A DNA stretch of 64,000 nt, from positions 1 through 64,000 of the forward strand of contig CAVUUR010000006.1 in NCBI GenBank assembly GCA_963744715.1, given 5' to 3'. The notes under the pieces are model-generated. The model was given only the letters and a program-made list of their open reading frames with translations. It made no database searches and was not told where the DNA came from. Both the position numbers and the translations under genes were made by a program. Within the stretch, counting starts at the first letter, position 1. Each line of letters opens with the position of its first letter. Shown here piece after piece: positions 20,411 through 31,203 of the stretch. Source of the DNA: an uncultured bacterium (GTDB lineage Bacteria; Babelota; Babeliae; Babelales; JACPOV01).

Positions 20411-20593
20411 ATGCGTATGAGGTTTATGGTATCGTTATCACTTTTACTTTCAAGCATTACTGTTTATAGCATGGATAAGGTTGATAAAGTTGCCGAACGT
20501 GCGGATAAAACAGATGATTTTTATTCTAATGAAATCAATCTTAAAGGAACTAACCTACAACCATTGTATGTTGTGTCTAACTCACATAACTAA
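20411..20593 (+). CDS. Small secreted hypothetical protein, possibly a truncated gene
   Basis: RBS AAGGAG; signal peptide ending VYS-MD. Confidence 0.45.
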   Translation: MRMRFMVSLSLLLSSITVYSMDKVDKVAERADKTDDFYSNEINLKGTNLQPLYVVSNSHN

Positions 20594-20885
20594 GCCTACC
20601 GACATTCAACTATTTTTTTGCATAAAAAGAAATTTTTTGATAGTATATAAACTATTATTATTTTTTATCCCCTTTACCAATGTGCGGGGCCGTTATGAAA
20701 GCTTTTTCTTTTATCTTCTAAATTAATTATAAAAAAAAGTAGATACTGTTTAATCACACGTTGGCTTGTGTGAATGTTCAGTATCCTTAAATTCTAAAGT
20801 AATCGATATATTAAATGTGGTAGTTTTTTGCCTCATTATATGAGGCTACATCTCTATGCACAGGTAAATCCTTCTGAAGGAATTA

Positions 20886-21587
20886 ATGCTCATGAAAAAA
20901 AATGCAACCTTTTCGGCACAAGATATACGTGGCAATATAATTATTTTAGAGTCGGAAGAAATAGTTGGGAAAACAGAAAGGCTTTCGGAAAAAATAAAAA
21001 GTCTGAGTGGAATCTTGATTCCAGCGTATACAGAAGTTGAAGTTGATTTTGCTCGCAAAAAGCCTGAAGATGTTGCGCATGATTTTATGCTTAAATCGCT
21101 AGCGCCTTTGTTAGAGCAGGATCTTAATAACGTTGATTGGCAATTTTTTGAAGAAAAAACCAAAGATATCGTAGAACAATTCTTTGCAACAATCGATTGG
21201 GCTAAGCATACTGATGATCAGGATATAAGCATCTTTGTATTGGCAACCGATCAAAAGACCGGGAAACATGTAGGTGTTATTCAGTTTTTAATTACACCAG
21301 AGTTTGGGCAAAACAATATTAAAGCCGCATTACTCGGTGTTATGCCTTCTGAGCATGACCGTGGTTTGGAAAAATTGCTTATGAGTTCAATTTTTATAGT
21401 GCGCCCCGATGTTAAGCGAATTTTTCTTCATACAAGATCAACTAATCAACAAGCTATTTTACGTTATCAAGATTGGGGATTTAGGCAATATATAGGTAAG
21501 TTGCCCAATTGGATTGACTTGGAATACATAACTCAACAAGCAGGTGAGTTACAAAAACAGTCTACCTATTTCGTCGTAGAACATTAA
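20886..21587 (+). CDS. GNAT-family acetyltransferase
   Basis: GVMPSEHDRGLEKLLM, LHTRSTNQQAILRYQDWGF. Confidence 0.75.
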   Translation: MLMKKNATFSAQDIRGNIIILESEEIVGKTERLSEKIKSLSGILIPAYTEVEVDFARKKPEDVAHDFMLKSLAPLLEQDLNNVDWQFFEEKTKDIVEQFFATIDWAKHTDDQDISIFVLATDQKTGKHVGVIQFLITPEFGQNNIKAALLGVMPSEHDRGLEKLLMSSIFIVRPDVKRIFLHTRSTNQQAILRYQDWGFRQYIGKLPNWIDLEYITQQAGELQKQSTYFVVEH

Positions 21588-21594
21588 TTTTTTT

Positions 21595-21634
21595 AATGTG
21601 GATGCTTATTGTTAAAACGGTGAGCATCCACATT
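21595..21634. terminator. Stem-loop between convergent transcription units
   Basis: aatgtggatgctta / tgagcatccacatt inverted repeat. Confidence 0.6.
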
Positions 21635-21765
21635 GACTAAAAACATATTCTTATTCTTAATTATTAATAAATTATGAGTTTCAGGGATAGGTTCTTATTA
21701 AAATTTGTATATACTATGCACCAAATAAGTTTGGTCCATTTTTTTTATTGCTATGGTTGATACAA

Positions 21766-21883
21766 TCCTCCTACGCCAAGGCTTCGGCGGACAGCTTTCG
21801 CTTTATGAGCAAAATATTAACTTTTCAATGTATGCCAACCCCTTAAAAAAACTGGCGTGCCAGCTGAAGCTTTAGCGAAAGCT
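21766..21883. repeat. 118-bp structured direct repeat, copy A
   Basis: 115/118 identical to 22169-22286; internal inverted repeat agctttcgct/agcgaaagct. Confidence 0.95.
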
Positions 21884-21894
21884 AATACCCAAGA

Positions 21895-22137
21895 CTATAT
21901 AAGCCTTTTGTCTCTAAATGCTCTGCCTGAACCCGATTTTAAATACTCCTCAAATTCATAGGCTTTAGATTTTTCTTCAAAGGCAATATAAACAACTAAT
22001 TTCCAAGGTTTATATTTTTCAGTATGTGCCGTAGTGCCACTATTATGATTAGACAAGCGCTTGTCTAAATCTTCCGTACAGCCGACATATATTTGCTTTA
22101 AATTATTTATAGATTGAATAATATACACGTAATACAT
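21895..22137 (-). CDS. Small stand-alone GIY-YIG nuclease
   Basis: YYVYII...YVGCT..L.KRL..HN.G...E..E motifs in 80 aa. Confidence 0.9.
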   Translation of the reverse strand: MYYVYIIQSINNLKQIYVGCTEDLDKRLSNHNSGTTAHTEKYKPWKLVVYIAFEEKSKAYEFEEYLKSGSGRAFRDKRLI

Positions 22138-22168
22138 AGATGTTTTTTATTGACTGGCCTGCCTATAG

Positions 22169-22285
22169 TCCTCCTACGCCAAGGCTTCGGCGGACAGCTT
22201 TCGCTTTATGAACAGAATATTAACTTTTCAATGTATGCCAACTCCTTAAAAAAACTGGCGTGCCAGCTGAAGCTTTAGCGAAAGC

Positions 22286-22286
<1 letters not shown>
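22169..22286. repeat. 118-bp structured direct repeat, copy B, abutting the tRNA-Arg 3' end
   Basis: 115/118 identical to copy A; its last base is the final A of the tRNA CCA. Confidence 0.95.
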
Positions 22287-22362
<76 letters not shown>

Positions 22363-22443
22363 TAAAAAGCAATTGAGATACAAAATAGTATACGTAAAAA
22401 ATAAAAAATCTCAAAGTATTAACGTCGGAGACATCTCTAATAG

Positions 22444-23949
22444 TTATTCTTCTCGCGGAACAAATACCTTATTAAACTCTTGGGCAATGCCCAGCAAGCT
22501 CTTTTGAATCTGATCAGAAATATCGGTGGTGGTTAATATTGTCGCGTAAATATCTGGATAAATTGATTTAACGTAACTAATAAATTGCTGCGCGTATGAT
22601 AATACTTGCGTAAGTGCAATAGTATCTAAAAAATTTTCTTTCAGTAAAAAAAGCATCAGCACTTGATCAACAAATGAATAGCCCACAAATTGTGGTTGTT
22701 TTAACAGTTCAACCGCTATAGAACCACGATGTAATTTTTTTTGAGCTATAGGGTCAAGTTCCGTTCCAAATTGTGCAAAATCTAACAATTCATGATACTG
22801 TGCCAGTTCAAGCCGCAATGCACGCGTCATTTTTTTTATTGCTTTAGTTTGCGCAGCACCGCCAACGCGTGAAACTGAAAGTTCAACGTTAACGGCAGGC
22901 CTAATTCCCTGATTGAATAATTGTGTATCTAAAAATATTTGTCCATCAGTGATAGAAATTAAGTTAGTTGGAATGTATGCAGTAATATCATCACTCTGAA
23001 TTTGCACCATTGGCAATGCCGTTAGTGAACCGCCAGATGCTAATTTACCGGCACGTTCTAGTAAGCGAGAATGTAAATAAAACACATCGCCCGGATACGC
23101 TTCACGCCCCGGTGCGCGTCGTAATAATAATGACATTTCTCGATACGAAATAGCATGATTACTCAAATCGTCATAGACAATGAGTGCATCATGGCCATTA
23201 TCCATAAAATATTCACCGATAGCGCATCCAACATAGGGAGCCAAATATTGCTTGAGAACGGTGTCACTTGAATCGGCACTCACAATAACCGTATATTCAA
23301 GCGCTCCATTTTCTTGTAACGTACGCACAAGACGCGCAAGATTCGCTTGACGTTGGCCAATTGAAACATAAATACAAAAAACATTTTTATCACGTTGATG
23401 CAAAATGGTGTCAACAACTATCGCTGTTTTACCCGTATTGCGATTACCAATAATAAGTTCGCGTTGCCCTTTCCCGATAGGAACGAGCGCGTCAATAGCA
23501 ATAATACCCGTTTCTAATGATTCATTTACTAATGAACGTTCTATAATGCCGGGCGCTGAAACTTCCACCGGTTTTTTTGTTTCATAATCAAGGGGACCTA
23601 ACCCATCAAGCGGATTTCCCTGAGCACTAATAACTCTTCCCACTAAATTCATACCAACCGGAACTTTAAATGCTCCTTCAGTTCTTTTTACTACTTCTAA
23701 TTCTGCTACAGGAATTGAAATATCAAATAAAAAAATAGAAACATAATCTTCATCAAGGTTAAGAATGATACCCTGATTACCACCCTCAAATTCCACTAAT
23801 TCTCCGAGCATTGCCTTTTTTAAACCATGCACGCGGCATATCGTATCACTTACCTGAATAACAAGCCCAATTTCATTAAAATTTTCTTTGGAGACATCAG
23901 TTAATGATTTTTCAAATAAGGAAATAAGATCTGAACTTTTAATCTCCAT
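22444..23949 (-). CDS. atpA: F1Fo ATP synthase subunit alpha
   Basis: PIGKGQRELIIGNRNTGKT, PGREAYPGDVFYLHSRLLERA. Confidence 0.97.
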   Translation of the reverse strand: MEIKSSDLISLFEKSLTDVSKENFNEIGLVIQVSDTICRVHGLKKAMLGELVEFEGGNQGIILNLDEDYVSIFLFDISIPVAELEVVKRTEGAFKVPVGMNLVGRVISAQGNPLDGLGPLDYETKKPVEVSAPGIIERSLVNESLETGIIAIDALVPIGKGQRELIIGNRNTGKTAIVVDTILHQRDKNVFCIYVSIGQRQANLARLVRTLQENGALEYTVIVSADSSDTVLKQYLAPYVGCAIGEYFMDNGHDALIVYDDLSNHAISYREMSLLLRRAPGREAYPGDVFYLHSRLLERAGKLASGGSLTALPMVQIQSDDITAYIPTNLISITDGQIFLDTQLFNQGIRPAVNVELSVSRVGGAAQTKAIKKMTRALRLELAQYHELLDFAQFGTELDPIAQKKLHRGSIAVELLKQPQFVGYSFVDQVLMLFLLKENFLDTIALTQVLSYAQQFISYVKSIYPDIYATILTTTDISDQIQKSLLGIAQEFNKVFVPREE

Positions 23950-24487
23950 AATAAAGGTCCTTTTCTATCGTTCGTAATTGTTTTGCAATGGAATGTTCCC
24001 ATAATAACGTATTACTTTGCATACGAATACCCGCAATTAATCGCTTATCAATAGTATAATCAACAACATTGGTTGCATTATTTTTAATTTCAAAAATTTT
24101 TTTTAAACTCGTTATCTGCTTATCCTTGAGCTGATGCGAGCTGGTAATTTTTAAGTTTACTATATGGTTATGATCTTTATATAGTTTTTCTATATATACT
24201 AGTACACCTCGTAGTAAGAAAAGACGTTGACTATGTACAAGCACATCAGTTAAACGATGTAACAAAAGAGCAAGATCAAATTGCTGCAAAAAGTCATGTA
24301 AAACGCGCTTCTTAAATACATTAAAATTTAATGGTAGTTTAAAAATAAAAAGATAATTAGTATGCGTGCGCAAAAAATTAGATGCTCGTTCTATGCGATC
24401 ATATTCTTGCGATGAGAGATTATTATGTATGGTATTCATAAAGGCTGTTGCATACAACCGTGCCAAATATAGTTCTTCTCTGTTCAT
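23939..24487 (-). CDS. atpH: ATP synthase subunit delta
   Basis: LARLYATA N-terminus, IDKRLIAGIR; lies directly before atpA. Confidence 0.8.
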   Translation of the reverse strand: MNREELYLARLYATAFMNTIHNNLSSQEYDRIERASNFLRTHTNYLFIFKLPLNFNVFKKRVLHDFLQQFDLALLLHRLTDVLVHSQRLFLLRGVLVYIEKLYKDHNHIVNLKITSSHQLKDKQITSLKKIFEIKNNATNVVDYTIDKRLIAGIRMQSNTLLWEHSIAKQLRTIEKDLYYGD

Positions 24488-24975
24488 ATATGACTCTTTT
24501 GTAGACGCTCAATTAATGCATTAAGAAACTGTGTACCTTGTTGCTCATCTTGAAACTCTTCTGTGAGTCTTGTACGCGTACGCTGCACTATTTCTGGAAT
24601 AATATCTAATTCAAGTTTACGAATTTGTTTATAATGTTCCTGTACTAATGCGCGATCGCTATTTTTAATCTCTTGAATACTTTTTTGTTGCTCATCTTTT
24701 TCTTGTACCCGTTGTACTGAACCTTGCCATAGTTGCAAAAGAGCAAGCAAGCGCTTACCTTCTTGTTCTTGATCATATATTTCTTGTTCTATACGATCCT
24801 GTTCTTGCTCAATAGTTAGTTGATTATTGTTTAACTCTTTTAATGAGTTAATTTTTTCTTGCACTTTTTCTTTAATTGAAGAAACAAAATACGATTTAAA
24901 AACAATATATACAAGAGAAAAAAGCAATGCACAATTGAGAAGTTTAAAAACAACAGAAACGATATTAACAAACAT
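24484..24975 (-). CDS. atpF: ATP synthase subunit b (divergent)
   Basis: N-terminal TM helix then long coiled coil; operon position. Confidence 0.65.
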   Translation of the reverse strand: MFVNIVSVVFKLLNCALLFSLVYIVFKSYFVSSIKEKVQEKINSLKELNNNQLTIEQEQDRIEQEIYDQEQEGKRLLALLQLWQGSVQRVQEKDEQQKSIQEIKNSDRALVQEHYKQIRKLELDIIPEIVQRTRTRLTEEFQDEQQGTQFLNALIERLQKSHI

Positions 24976-25345
24976 TTTTAACCTTGTTATATAAAAATGA
25001 TTCAAGATCTTTTATATAATGTTCTTGATTTTTTTTAGTGACCGATATTTCTTGAATATTTTTTTTAGGTAATTCTTTTTGTTTATAAAATACAAACGTA
25101 TTGTCTGGTGTATAACCCATAAACATATTACGTAACGCATCCCACAATGTTTTTTTGTGCAGTTCTTGATCCTTTAATTTTTTTTTCTTTGCTTCTATAT
25201 CAGCGAGCAGTTCCGCATGTTTTTTTTGTTCTTGTTGTATCTGGGTAACAACATTATGTAACAAAAATCGATCAAGAAGATAATAGGCCAAACCGAAATG
25301 AACCATTTGCAATAGTAATGTCGCATTAATAAACATAATAATCAA
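24965..25345 (-). CDS. ATP synthase subunit b'-like
   Basis: INATLLLQMVHF TM segment then charged helix; follows atpE. Confidence 0.6.
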   Translation of the reverse strand: MIIMFINATLLLQMVHFGLAYYLLDRFLLHNVVTQIQQEQKKHAELLADIEAKKKKLKDQELHKKTLWDALRNMFMGYTPDNTFVFYKQKELPKKNIQEISVTKKNQEHYIKDLESFLYNKVKNVC

Positions 25346-25365
25346 AACAAATATTGAAATGTATA

Positions 25366-25608
25366 TTAACTAAACCAAATTAAAGCACCCGCAACTAACA
25401 ATGCATAGATAGCTGATGTTTCTATCATACCCATTGCAATCATCATGGTATTTCTAATATCACTAGCACTTTGCGGATATTTGCCAATATTTTCACATGC
25501 TTTAGATCCAACAAGTCCTTGACCATATGCTGGTGCAATACTACCAATCCCCATAGCAAGTGCAGCCCCAATAAAAGCCGCCGCTTTTGCAATAAAAACA
25601 CCGTCCAT
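25366..25608 (-). CDS. atpE: ATP synthase subunit c, Na+-type signature
   Basis: Hairpin of two TM helices; PAYGQG and IETSAIY. Confidence 0.93.
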   Translation of the reverse strand: MDGVFIAKAAAFIGAALAMGIGSIAPAYGQGLVGSKACENIGKYPQSASDIRNTMMIAMGMIETSAIYALLVAGALIWFS

Positions 25609-25683
25609 ATATGTAACCTTTCTATAAAAGAACATTTTAGATCTAATTTATTATTTCTTAGTGTAATCAATTTTTAATAAAGC

Positions 25684-26418
25684 TTACAAGGATAGAAATG
25701 GCTTTTTTGCTAAAGATTGTTGATAACCCAGATTATTCTTAAAAAAATTTTGTATTTGAGTATAATGACGCAGCCATTGTTCATTATTATTTTCAAAATC
25801 TTCATTACATTCCAGAATTAATACCGGAACATCATTAAGTTTTATATCTATATCATTTTTTTCAATCAACCATTGTTCATGTTTTTTATGAATAGAATGT
25901 AAATAGTCTAATGAAATTGATGATTCTTCAAATCGATTTCGTTTCAGTATACGCTCATAGCATACATCAGGATTAGTTCGCAAATAGATAAAAGCAGTTG
26001 GCATTACGGTACTTAGATCAGTTAACCATGAAAACCATTCTTTATATAACTTCCATTCCAACGTATTCATAAACCCTTGTTCAAAACAATTTTTTGCAAA
26101 ACAATACCGATCAGAATAAATTGAACGCTCGAGAATTTGGATAGGAAATTTGCTTTTTCTGGCATAGGTTTCTTGCTCAATAATTCTTGTAATAAATGCA
26201 TATGATTGAAACGTATATGCCCAACGAGTAGGGCTCTGATAAAATTTATCTAATAAATTTTCAGTACCGCCAACCGATTGCCATTTTTCATGCGGTTCAA
26301 AAACTGCTTGAATAGTAAACTCTTGTTCAAGCATAGCTAAAAATGTAGACTTACCTGCTCCAATATTACCTTCCAGCGATAAACAGGAAGCTTTTTCCTT
26401 GAATGCTGCGATTGCCAT
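25684..26418 (-). CDS. Deoxynucleoside kinase
   Basis: EGNIGAGKST P-loop, ERSIYSDRYCF, RILKRNR.EE. Confidence 0.9.
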   Translation of the reverse strand: MAIAAFKEKASCLSLEGNIGAGKSTFLAMLEQEFTIQAVFEPHEKWQSVGGTENLLDKFYQSPTRWAYTFQSYAFITRIIEQETYARKSKFPIQILERSIYSDRYCFAKNCFEQGFMNTLEWKLYKEWFSWLTDLSTVMPTAFIYLRTNPDVCYERILKRNRFEESSISLDYLHSIHKKHEQWLIEKNDIDIKLNDVPVLILECNEDFENNNEQWLRHYTQIQNFFKNNLGYQQSLAKKPFLSL

Positions 26419-26606
26419 ATGCTGTCCTTATAAAAATATATACATTTACTTACTTTATAAAGGTTAATATATTGAGAAAAAAAAGCTAATGTAAGAGCCT
26501 TTTTGCGTTGCAAAAAAAATTATGTTATGGTGAATACCATTCGCATAATTGTAAGCAAAACATATAATAAATTACTATCTATCAATCTATTTGTAGATAA
26601 CAATTA

Positions 26607-28286
26607 GTGCATAAGGTTAAATTGTTGATAAATAATCATTTGAATAACATAGTATTAACAGTAAAAAGTAATATGATAATTATGGTACCATTAAAAAAAA
26701 TAGTATTAGGTATTATAGCCCTATTATTATTTGATAATCTAACAGCTAATATACATGAGCTTCCAGACTGGCTAAAAAATACCGATGATAGTGTTTTTTT
26801 CACGGAGGAAGTTCAAAAACTTACTTTATATACTCCGGAAGAAGCTCTACATTTTTTAACGCGTACGTGCGATCCGGATATTCCGGAAGAAACGGTTATC
26901 GAGGCGCAAAATATTTTAAAAGAAGATGTGTATAAACATACTGGCGGCATCAATGATCGCAATTTTCCTATTGATTATCCAGGATCATATTTTTTAATCT
27001 GCCAGCCAGAACGCTGGGAACCTTATATCAGTTTCTTTTACAATCAAACAACAAAAGCTAATTACACCCGCGATGGCACTACGCTTAGTTCATACCTTGC
27101 TTTTGATAATTTAAATTTACTTAATAAAATTGATGAGCTGGCTTTTGGCGTAAACGTTGTTAAGTTACTATCTTTATTAGGTAACATTAAAATTCAAGAA
27201 CGCCGGGCCGCTGTTCTTTTTGGTGGTGCAGGCTGGAGAAATCGTTGGTTATTCAATGTGCGCGTTCCTCTCATCTACCTTGAGCGAAATTTTCATCTAA
27301 CGCAAGAAGAACGCAGGGCTATAGAAAGTGAAAATATTTTTAATGATTCACCTAACGATGCTGACATTACTGCTTTTGCACGAAAACATTTAATATCTGA
27401 CAAATTTGGACTAGGTGATACCCGATTTAATGCCGGATATCTTGCTATAGATGAACGATTTTCACAACTTTTTATTGGATTCGAGTCTACCCTGCCGACA
27501 GCATTTCCTCTAGCCAAAGGATTGATAGGAAATCATTTTGAAAAAAATAACGTTGTTCCTCCTTTTGATTTAATTGAGATTCTTAACTTAGTTGCCGAAA
27601 CTCCTATACAAAATCCAGCCCAAGCAGAAATACTTACAGCAGATTTTTTGTTAGCTGCGCTCGATAAATTATCATCAAATCTTCTTGAAAGCGGATTAGG
27701 CAATAATGGCCATATCGGCGTAGGCCTTTATACTGATGGTGCTTTAGCCGTTACTTCCAAATTACAATTTAGAGCTCGATCAACCCTTGAATATCTTTTA
27801 CCAGCACTAGAAAAACGATTTTTTTTAAAGAAAAAAAATCTGGCGGAGTTTGATGCTCGTTTTAACCCACCAAATCCGGACAATTGTGAAGCTGATCTTC
27901 TCTTTTTGCAACAGCAACTCATTAATACTCTTTTCCCCAAAGTATTCAATACGGTAGTTTTTCCCGGATTTATTTTTAAATTCAGTACCGCTCTCATCGG
28001 ACAAATGTCACCATATTGGAACTTAATGCTTGGGTATGATTTATGGTGGCAACAACAAGAAAAATTAGGTAAGATTAGTACAACACCAGAAGAACGTTCT
28101 CAGTTGAGGACTGACATCGCGGTGAGATCAAGTGCCATACAAAATAAAATTTTTGGATCAATCAATTATGCTAAAGAAGGAGATAAACATGATTGGTGCC
28201 TATCTTTTTATGGAGACAGGACTTTTATTAGATCGGGTATAGGTAGAGACTTTACCATGGCTTTCCGTTTTGCATTGTTATTTTAA
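26607..28286 (+). CDS. Hypothetical secreted protein, possible outer-membrane protein
   Basis: Long ORF with a signal-like segment and C-terminal Phe; true start probably ~26673-26682. Confidence 0.6.
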   Translation: MHKVKLLINNHLNNIVLTVKSNMIIMVPLKKIVLGIIALLLFDNLTANIHELPDWLKNTDDSVFFTEEVQKLTLYTPEEALHFLTRTCDPDIPEETVIEAQNILKEDVYKHTGGINDRNFPIDYPGSYFLICQPERWEPYISFFYNQTTKANYTRDGTTLSSYLAFDNLNLLNKIDELAFGVNVVKLLSLLGNIKIQERRAAVLFGGAGWRNRWLFNVRVPLIYLERNFHLTQEERRAIESENIFNDSPNDADITAFARKHLISDKFGLGDTRFNAGYLAIDERFSQLFIGFESTLPTAFPLAKGLIGNHFEKNNVVPPFDLIEILNLVAETPIQNPAQAEILTADFLLAALDKLSSNLLESGLGNNGHIGVGLYTDGALAVTSKLQFRARSTLEYLLPALEKRFFLKKKNLAEFDARFNPPNPDNCEADLLFLQQQLINTLFPKVFNTVVFPGFIFKFSTALIGQMSPYWNLMLGYDLWWQQQEKLGKISTTPEERSQLRTDIAVRSSAIQNKIFGSINYAKEGDKHDWCLSFYGDRTFIRSGIGRDFTMAFRFALLF

Positions 28287-28315
28287 GAAAATAAAGATTA
28301 TAGGAAAAAAATAGT

Positions 28316-29008
28316 ATGAAACAATCATATGCTAACAATTCAAAAAAATTATTTTTCGCTTTTGTTATTGCAGTATTATTTGCTCAGCGAGCAACCGCAA
28401 CAGAAACTTCGGAAATTAAACCACCACTTGAACACAAATCAATTGTTATGGTTGATGGTTTACCCCATGGGCTTAATGGACCGGGCATTGCGAGATTAAT
28501 TCATATTCTTAAAGAAGTTGATAAATTTCAATATGGTATTGTTAATCCGCTTAATGGAGAACGAATTGGTAAATATATTTTAAAAGGTGAAGAACATTCG
28601 GTTTACTCATTAATGCAATGTGAGCATTCATTAGAAACTGCTACTATTGCTATTGCAGAAAAAGAACATTTAAGAGCTGCCCTAAAAAGCTCATTAAAAA
28701 TGGCGATTGATGATTTTGTTGCAATAATGCAGCCATTCATTACGCAAGCGCGCGGATCTAAAGCAATTACCATTACGCTTATGGAAGAATGGGCTCAATT
28801 ACACGAACGTACAAAAAGTTTTATCTTAAATTGGAGCAGGCAAAAAGAAGGCACTGAAATCGATATGTTTCGAGAAGGTATCGATTCTTTCGAAAAACTT
28901 AATCAATTCTGTTCTGACTTAGTAAGTTTTATTCAAGATCTCATTCAAAGTTGTCCTAAAGGTTGGAAGCAATATCTAGCATTAGTAGAACAGCATAAAA
29001 AAAAATAA
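28316..29008 (+). CDS. Hypothetical secreted helical protein
   Basis: Signal peptide; RBS AGGA. Confidence 0.6.
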   Translation: MKQSYANNSKKLFFAFVIAVLFAQRATATETSEIKPPLEHKSIVMVDGLPHGLNGPGIARLIHILKEVDKFQYGIVNPLNGERIGKYILKGEEHSVYSLMQCEHSLETATIAIAEKEHLRAALKSSLKMAIDDFVAIMQPFITQARGSKAITITLMEEWAQLHERTKSFILNWSRQKEGTEIDMFREGIDSFEKLNQFCSDLVSFIQDLIQSCPKGWKQYLALVEQHKKK

Positions 29009-29025
29009 TTAATTGAGTTATTAGC

Positions 29026-31203
29026 ATGAACGAACAAGAAGAACTTAATGGAACTGTGGACCGGTTCTTGTATCAAGATGCTAATACTGGCTTTTCAGTT
29101 ATGCTCGTAAAAGTTAGTGCCAATAATTCTGTTATTGTTACCGCTACATTAGCAAATATTAACCCTGGGCAACAAGTAACCTTTCAAGGTAGTTGGGTGA
29201 TGCATACAAAATTTGGCAGGCAGTTCCAGGCAACTGCCTGTTCTTCGACGTTACCAACGACGCTGACAGGGCTTCAAAAATATTTAGGATCAGGAATGAT
29301 CAAAGGTATCGGAAAAGGTTTTGCTGAAAAAATAGTTGCCCGATTTGGTATGGATGCAATAGCAATCATTGAAAAAAGTCCAGAGCGCTTACAGGAAGTT
29401 AATGGTATTGGGCAAAAGCAACTCGAGCAAATTATAACAGCATGGAAAGATCAAAAAGAAATTTCATCTATTATGATTTTTTTACAAGATAAAGGAATTT
29501 CACCAACGTATGCGGTTAAAATTTACAAGAAATACGGGCAGCAAGCCATTGCTTTACTTATGGAAAATCCTTACCGATTAACTGAAGATATTTGGGGGAT
29601 AGGTTTTAAAACGGCGGATGCAATAGCGCAAAACTTGGGATTCCATAAACATTCCATACCTCGCATTAAAGCCGGTATTATTTATGTAATTACTACGGCA
29701 ACAACCAATGGCCATCTGTATTGTGAAGTTTCTGAACTCAAGACAACTATCCTTGAACTATTGGAACTCAACCAACAGGAACATGAATCCGCCATAAAAA
29801 CGGCTTTGCATGAATTATATGAACAAGATTTAATCAAGCTCATTACTCATAATAATGAACATTTTATAACATTATCCTCGTATTACTGGTCAGAGAAAGG
29901 AATTGCTAAAAAAATCCAACAATTGCTTGAATATCCTTCCGATCATCATTTTAATCTTCAAGAAGTTTATATGTCCTTACGTGATAATGATCAAATGATG
30001 ACGCTCAATGAGGATCAACAACATGCTATTTTGACCTGCTTACAATCAAAAGTAACTATTATCACCGGCGGTCCGGGCACTGGAAAAACAACCTTAATCA
30101 AAAAATTATTAACCGTATTGGATAAACATAATTTGCAATACCGTTTAGCCGCGCCGACCGGAAGAGCCGCAAAAAGAATTATGGAGGGAACAGGGCGTTA
30201 TGCGTTAACTATTCATCGACTTTTAGATTTTAATGTTAGCACAATGAGCTTTTCCCACAATGAACAAAATGCGCTCAAGCTTGATTTTCTCATTATTGAT
30301 GAAGCCTCAATGATTGACACTTTTTTGGCATATGCTTTGTTAAAAGCTTTGCCGCTAAAATCTCACCTCGTACTCATTGGTGATACTGATCAATTACCAT
30401 CAGTAGGTGCTGGTAATATATTGCATGATTTAATTATGAGCAAAAAAATTCCAAGCATTCGCCTAACTCATATTTTTCGGCAAGCACAAAATAGTTTAAT
30501 TATTGTGAATGCTCACCGAATTAATCAAGGAGAATTTCCTGTTTCATCCTTGCCTGATACCAAAAAAGATTTTATTTTTATTAAAGAGGAGAAACCGGAA
30601 AATGTCGCTAGCCATCTTAATTATCTGTATAAAAAACGATTTATAGAAATGGGAATTTCTACTAATGATTCAATTGTCCTTGTTCCTATGAATCGTGGGA
30701 TCGTTGGTACCATTAAACTTAATCAAGATTTACAGACCATTATTAATCCGGATCATAAAGAAACGGTTATGCACGTAGGACGCGTATTTAAACAAGGAGA
30801 TAAGGTGATGCAAATCAGGAATAATTATGACAAACTTGTTTTTAATGGTGACATTGGCACTATAGAATCTATTGATCAAGAACAACAAACTCTGCAGGTT
30901 AATTTTTTTGATCGGCCTACTACCTATCCCTTTGATGAACTTGACGAGTTAGTATTAGCTTATGCTATTTCTATTCATAAAAGCCAGGGGTCAGAATATG
31001 ATATTGCTATTATTCCCCTATTCATGCAACATTTCATGTTATTACAACGAAATCTTATTTATACTGCAATAACACGTGCAAAAAAATTATGTATTTTTAT
31101 TGGTCAACCAAAGGCCATTGCTATTGCAATCAAAAATAATAAAAATATTATAAGAAAAACATTTCTACAGGAATTTTTAACTGATAATATAACATGTCGC
31201 TAA
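29026..31203 (+). CDS. recD2: ATP-dependent RecD2-like helicase
   Basis: N-terminal HhH (IKGIGK), GGPGTGKT, APTGRAA, DEASM, GDTDQLPSVG, HKSQGSE. Confidence 0.93.
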   Translation: MNEQEELNGTVDRFLYQDANTGFSVMLVKVSANNSVIVTATLANINPGQQVTFQGSWVMHTKFGRQFQATACSSTLPTTLTGLQKYLGSGMIKGIGKGFAEKIVARFGMDAIAIIEKSPERLQEVNGIGQKQLEQIITAWKDQKEISSIMIFLQDKGISPTYAVKIYKKYGQQAIALLMENPYRLTEDIWGIGFKTADAIAQNLGFHKHSIPRIKAGIIYVITTATTNGHLYCEVSELKTTILELLELNQQEHESAIKTALHELYEQDLIKLITHNNEHFITLSSYYWSEKGIAKKIQQLLEYPSDHHFNLQEVYMSLRDNDQMMTLNEDQQHAILTCLQSKVTIITGGPGTGKTTLIKKLLTVLDKHNLQYRLAAPTGRAAKRIMEGTGRYALTIHRLLDFNVSTMSFSHNEQNALKLDFLIIDEASMIDTFLAYALLKALPLKSHLVLIGDTDQLPSVGAGNILHDLIMSKKIPSIRLTHIFRQAQNSLIIVNAHRINQGEFPVSSLPDTKKDFIFIKEEKPENVASHLNYLYKKRFIEMGISTNDSIVLVPMNRGIVGTIKLNQDLQTIINPDHKETVMHVGRVFKQGDKVMQIRNNYDKLVFNGDIGTIESIDQEQQTLQVNFFDRPTTYPFDELDELVLAYAISIHKSQGSEYDIAIIPLFMQHFMLLQRNLIYTAITRAKKLCIFIGQPKAIAIAIKNNKNIIRKTFLQEFLTDNITCR

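Noticed and set aside
20481..21163. ORFs 20481-20726, 20828-21040 and 20846-21163
   Set aside because: They overlap better-supported genes and have no motifs; 20828 could be a frameshifted GNAT leader but I cannot support that.
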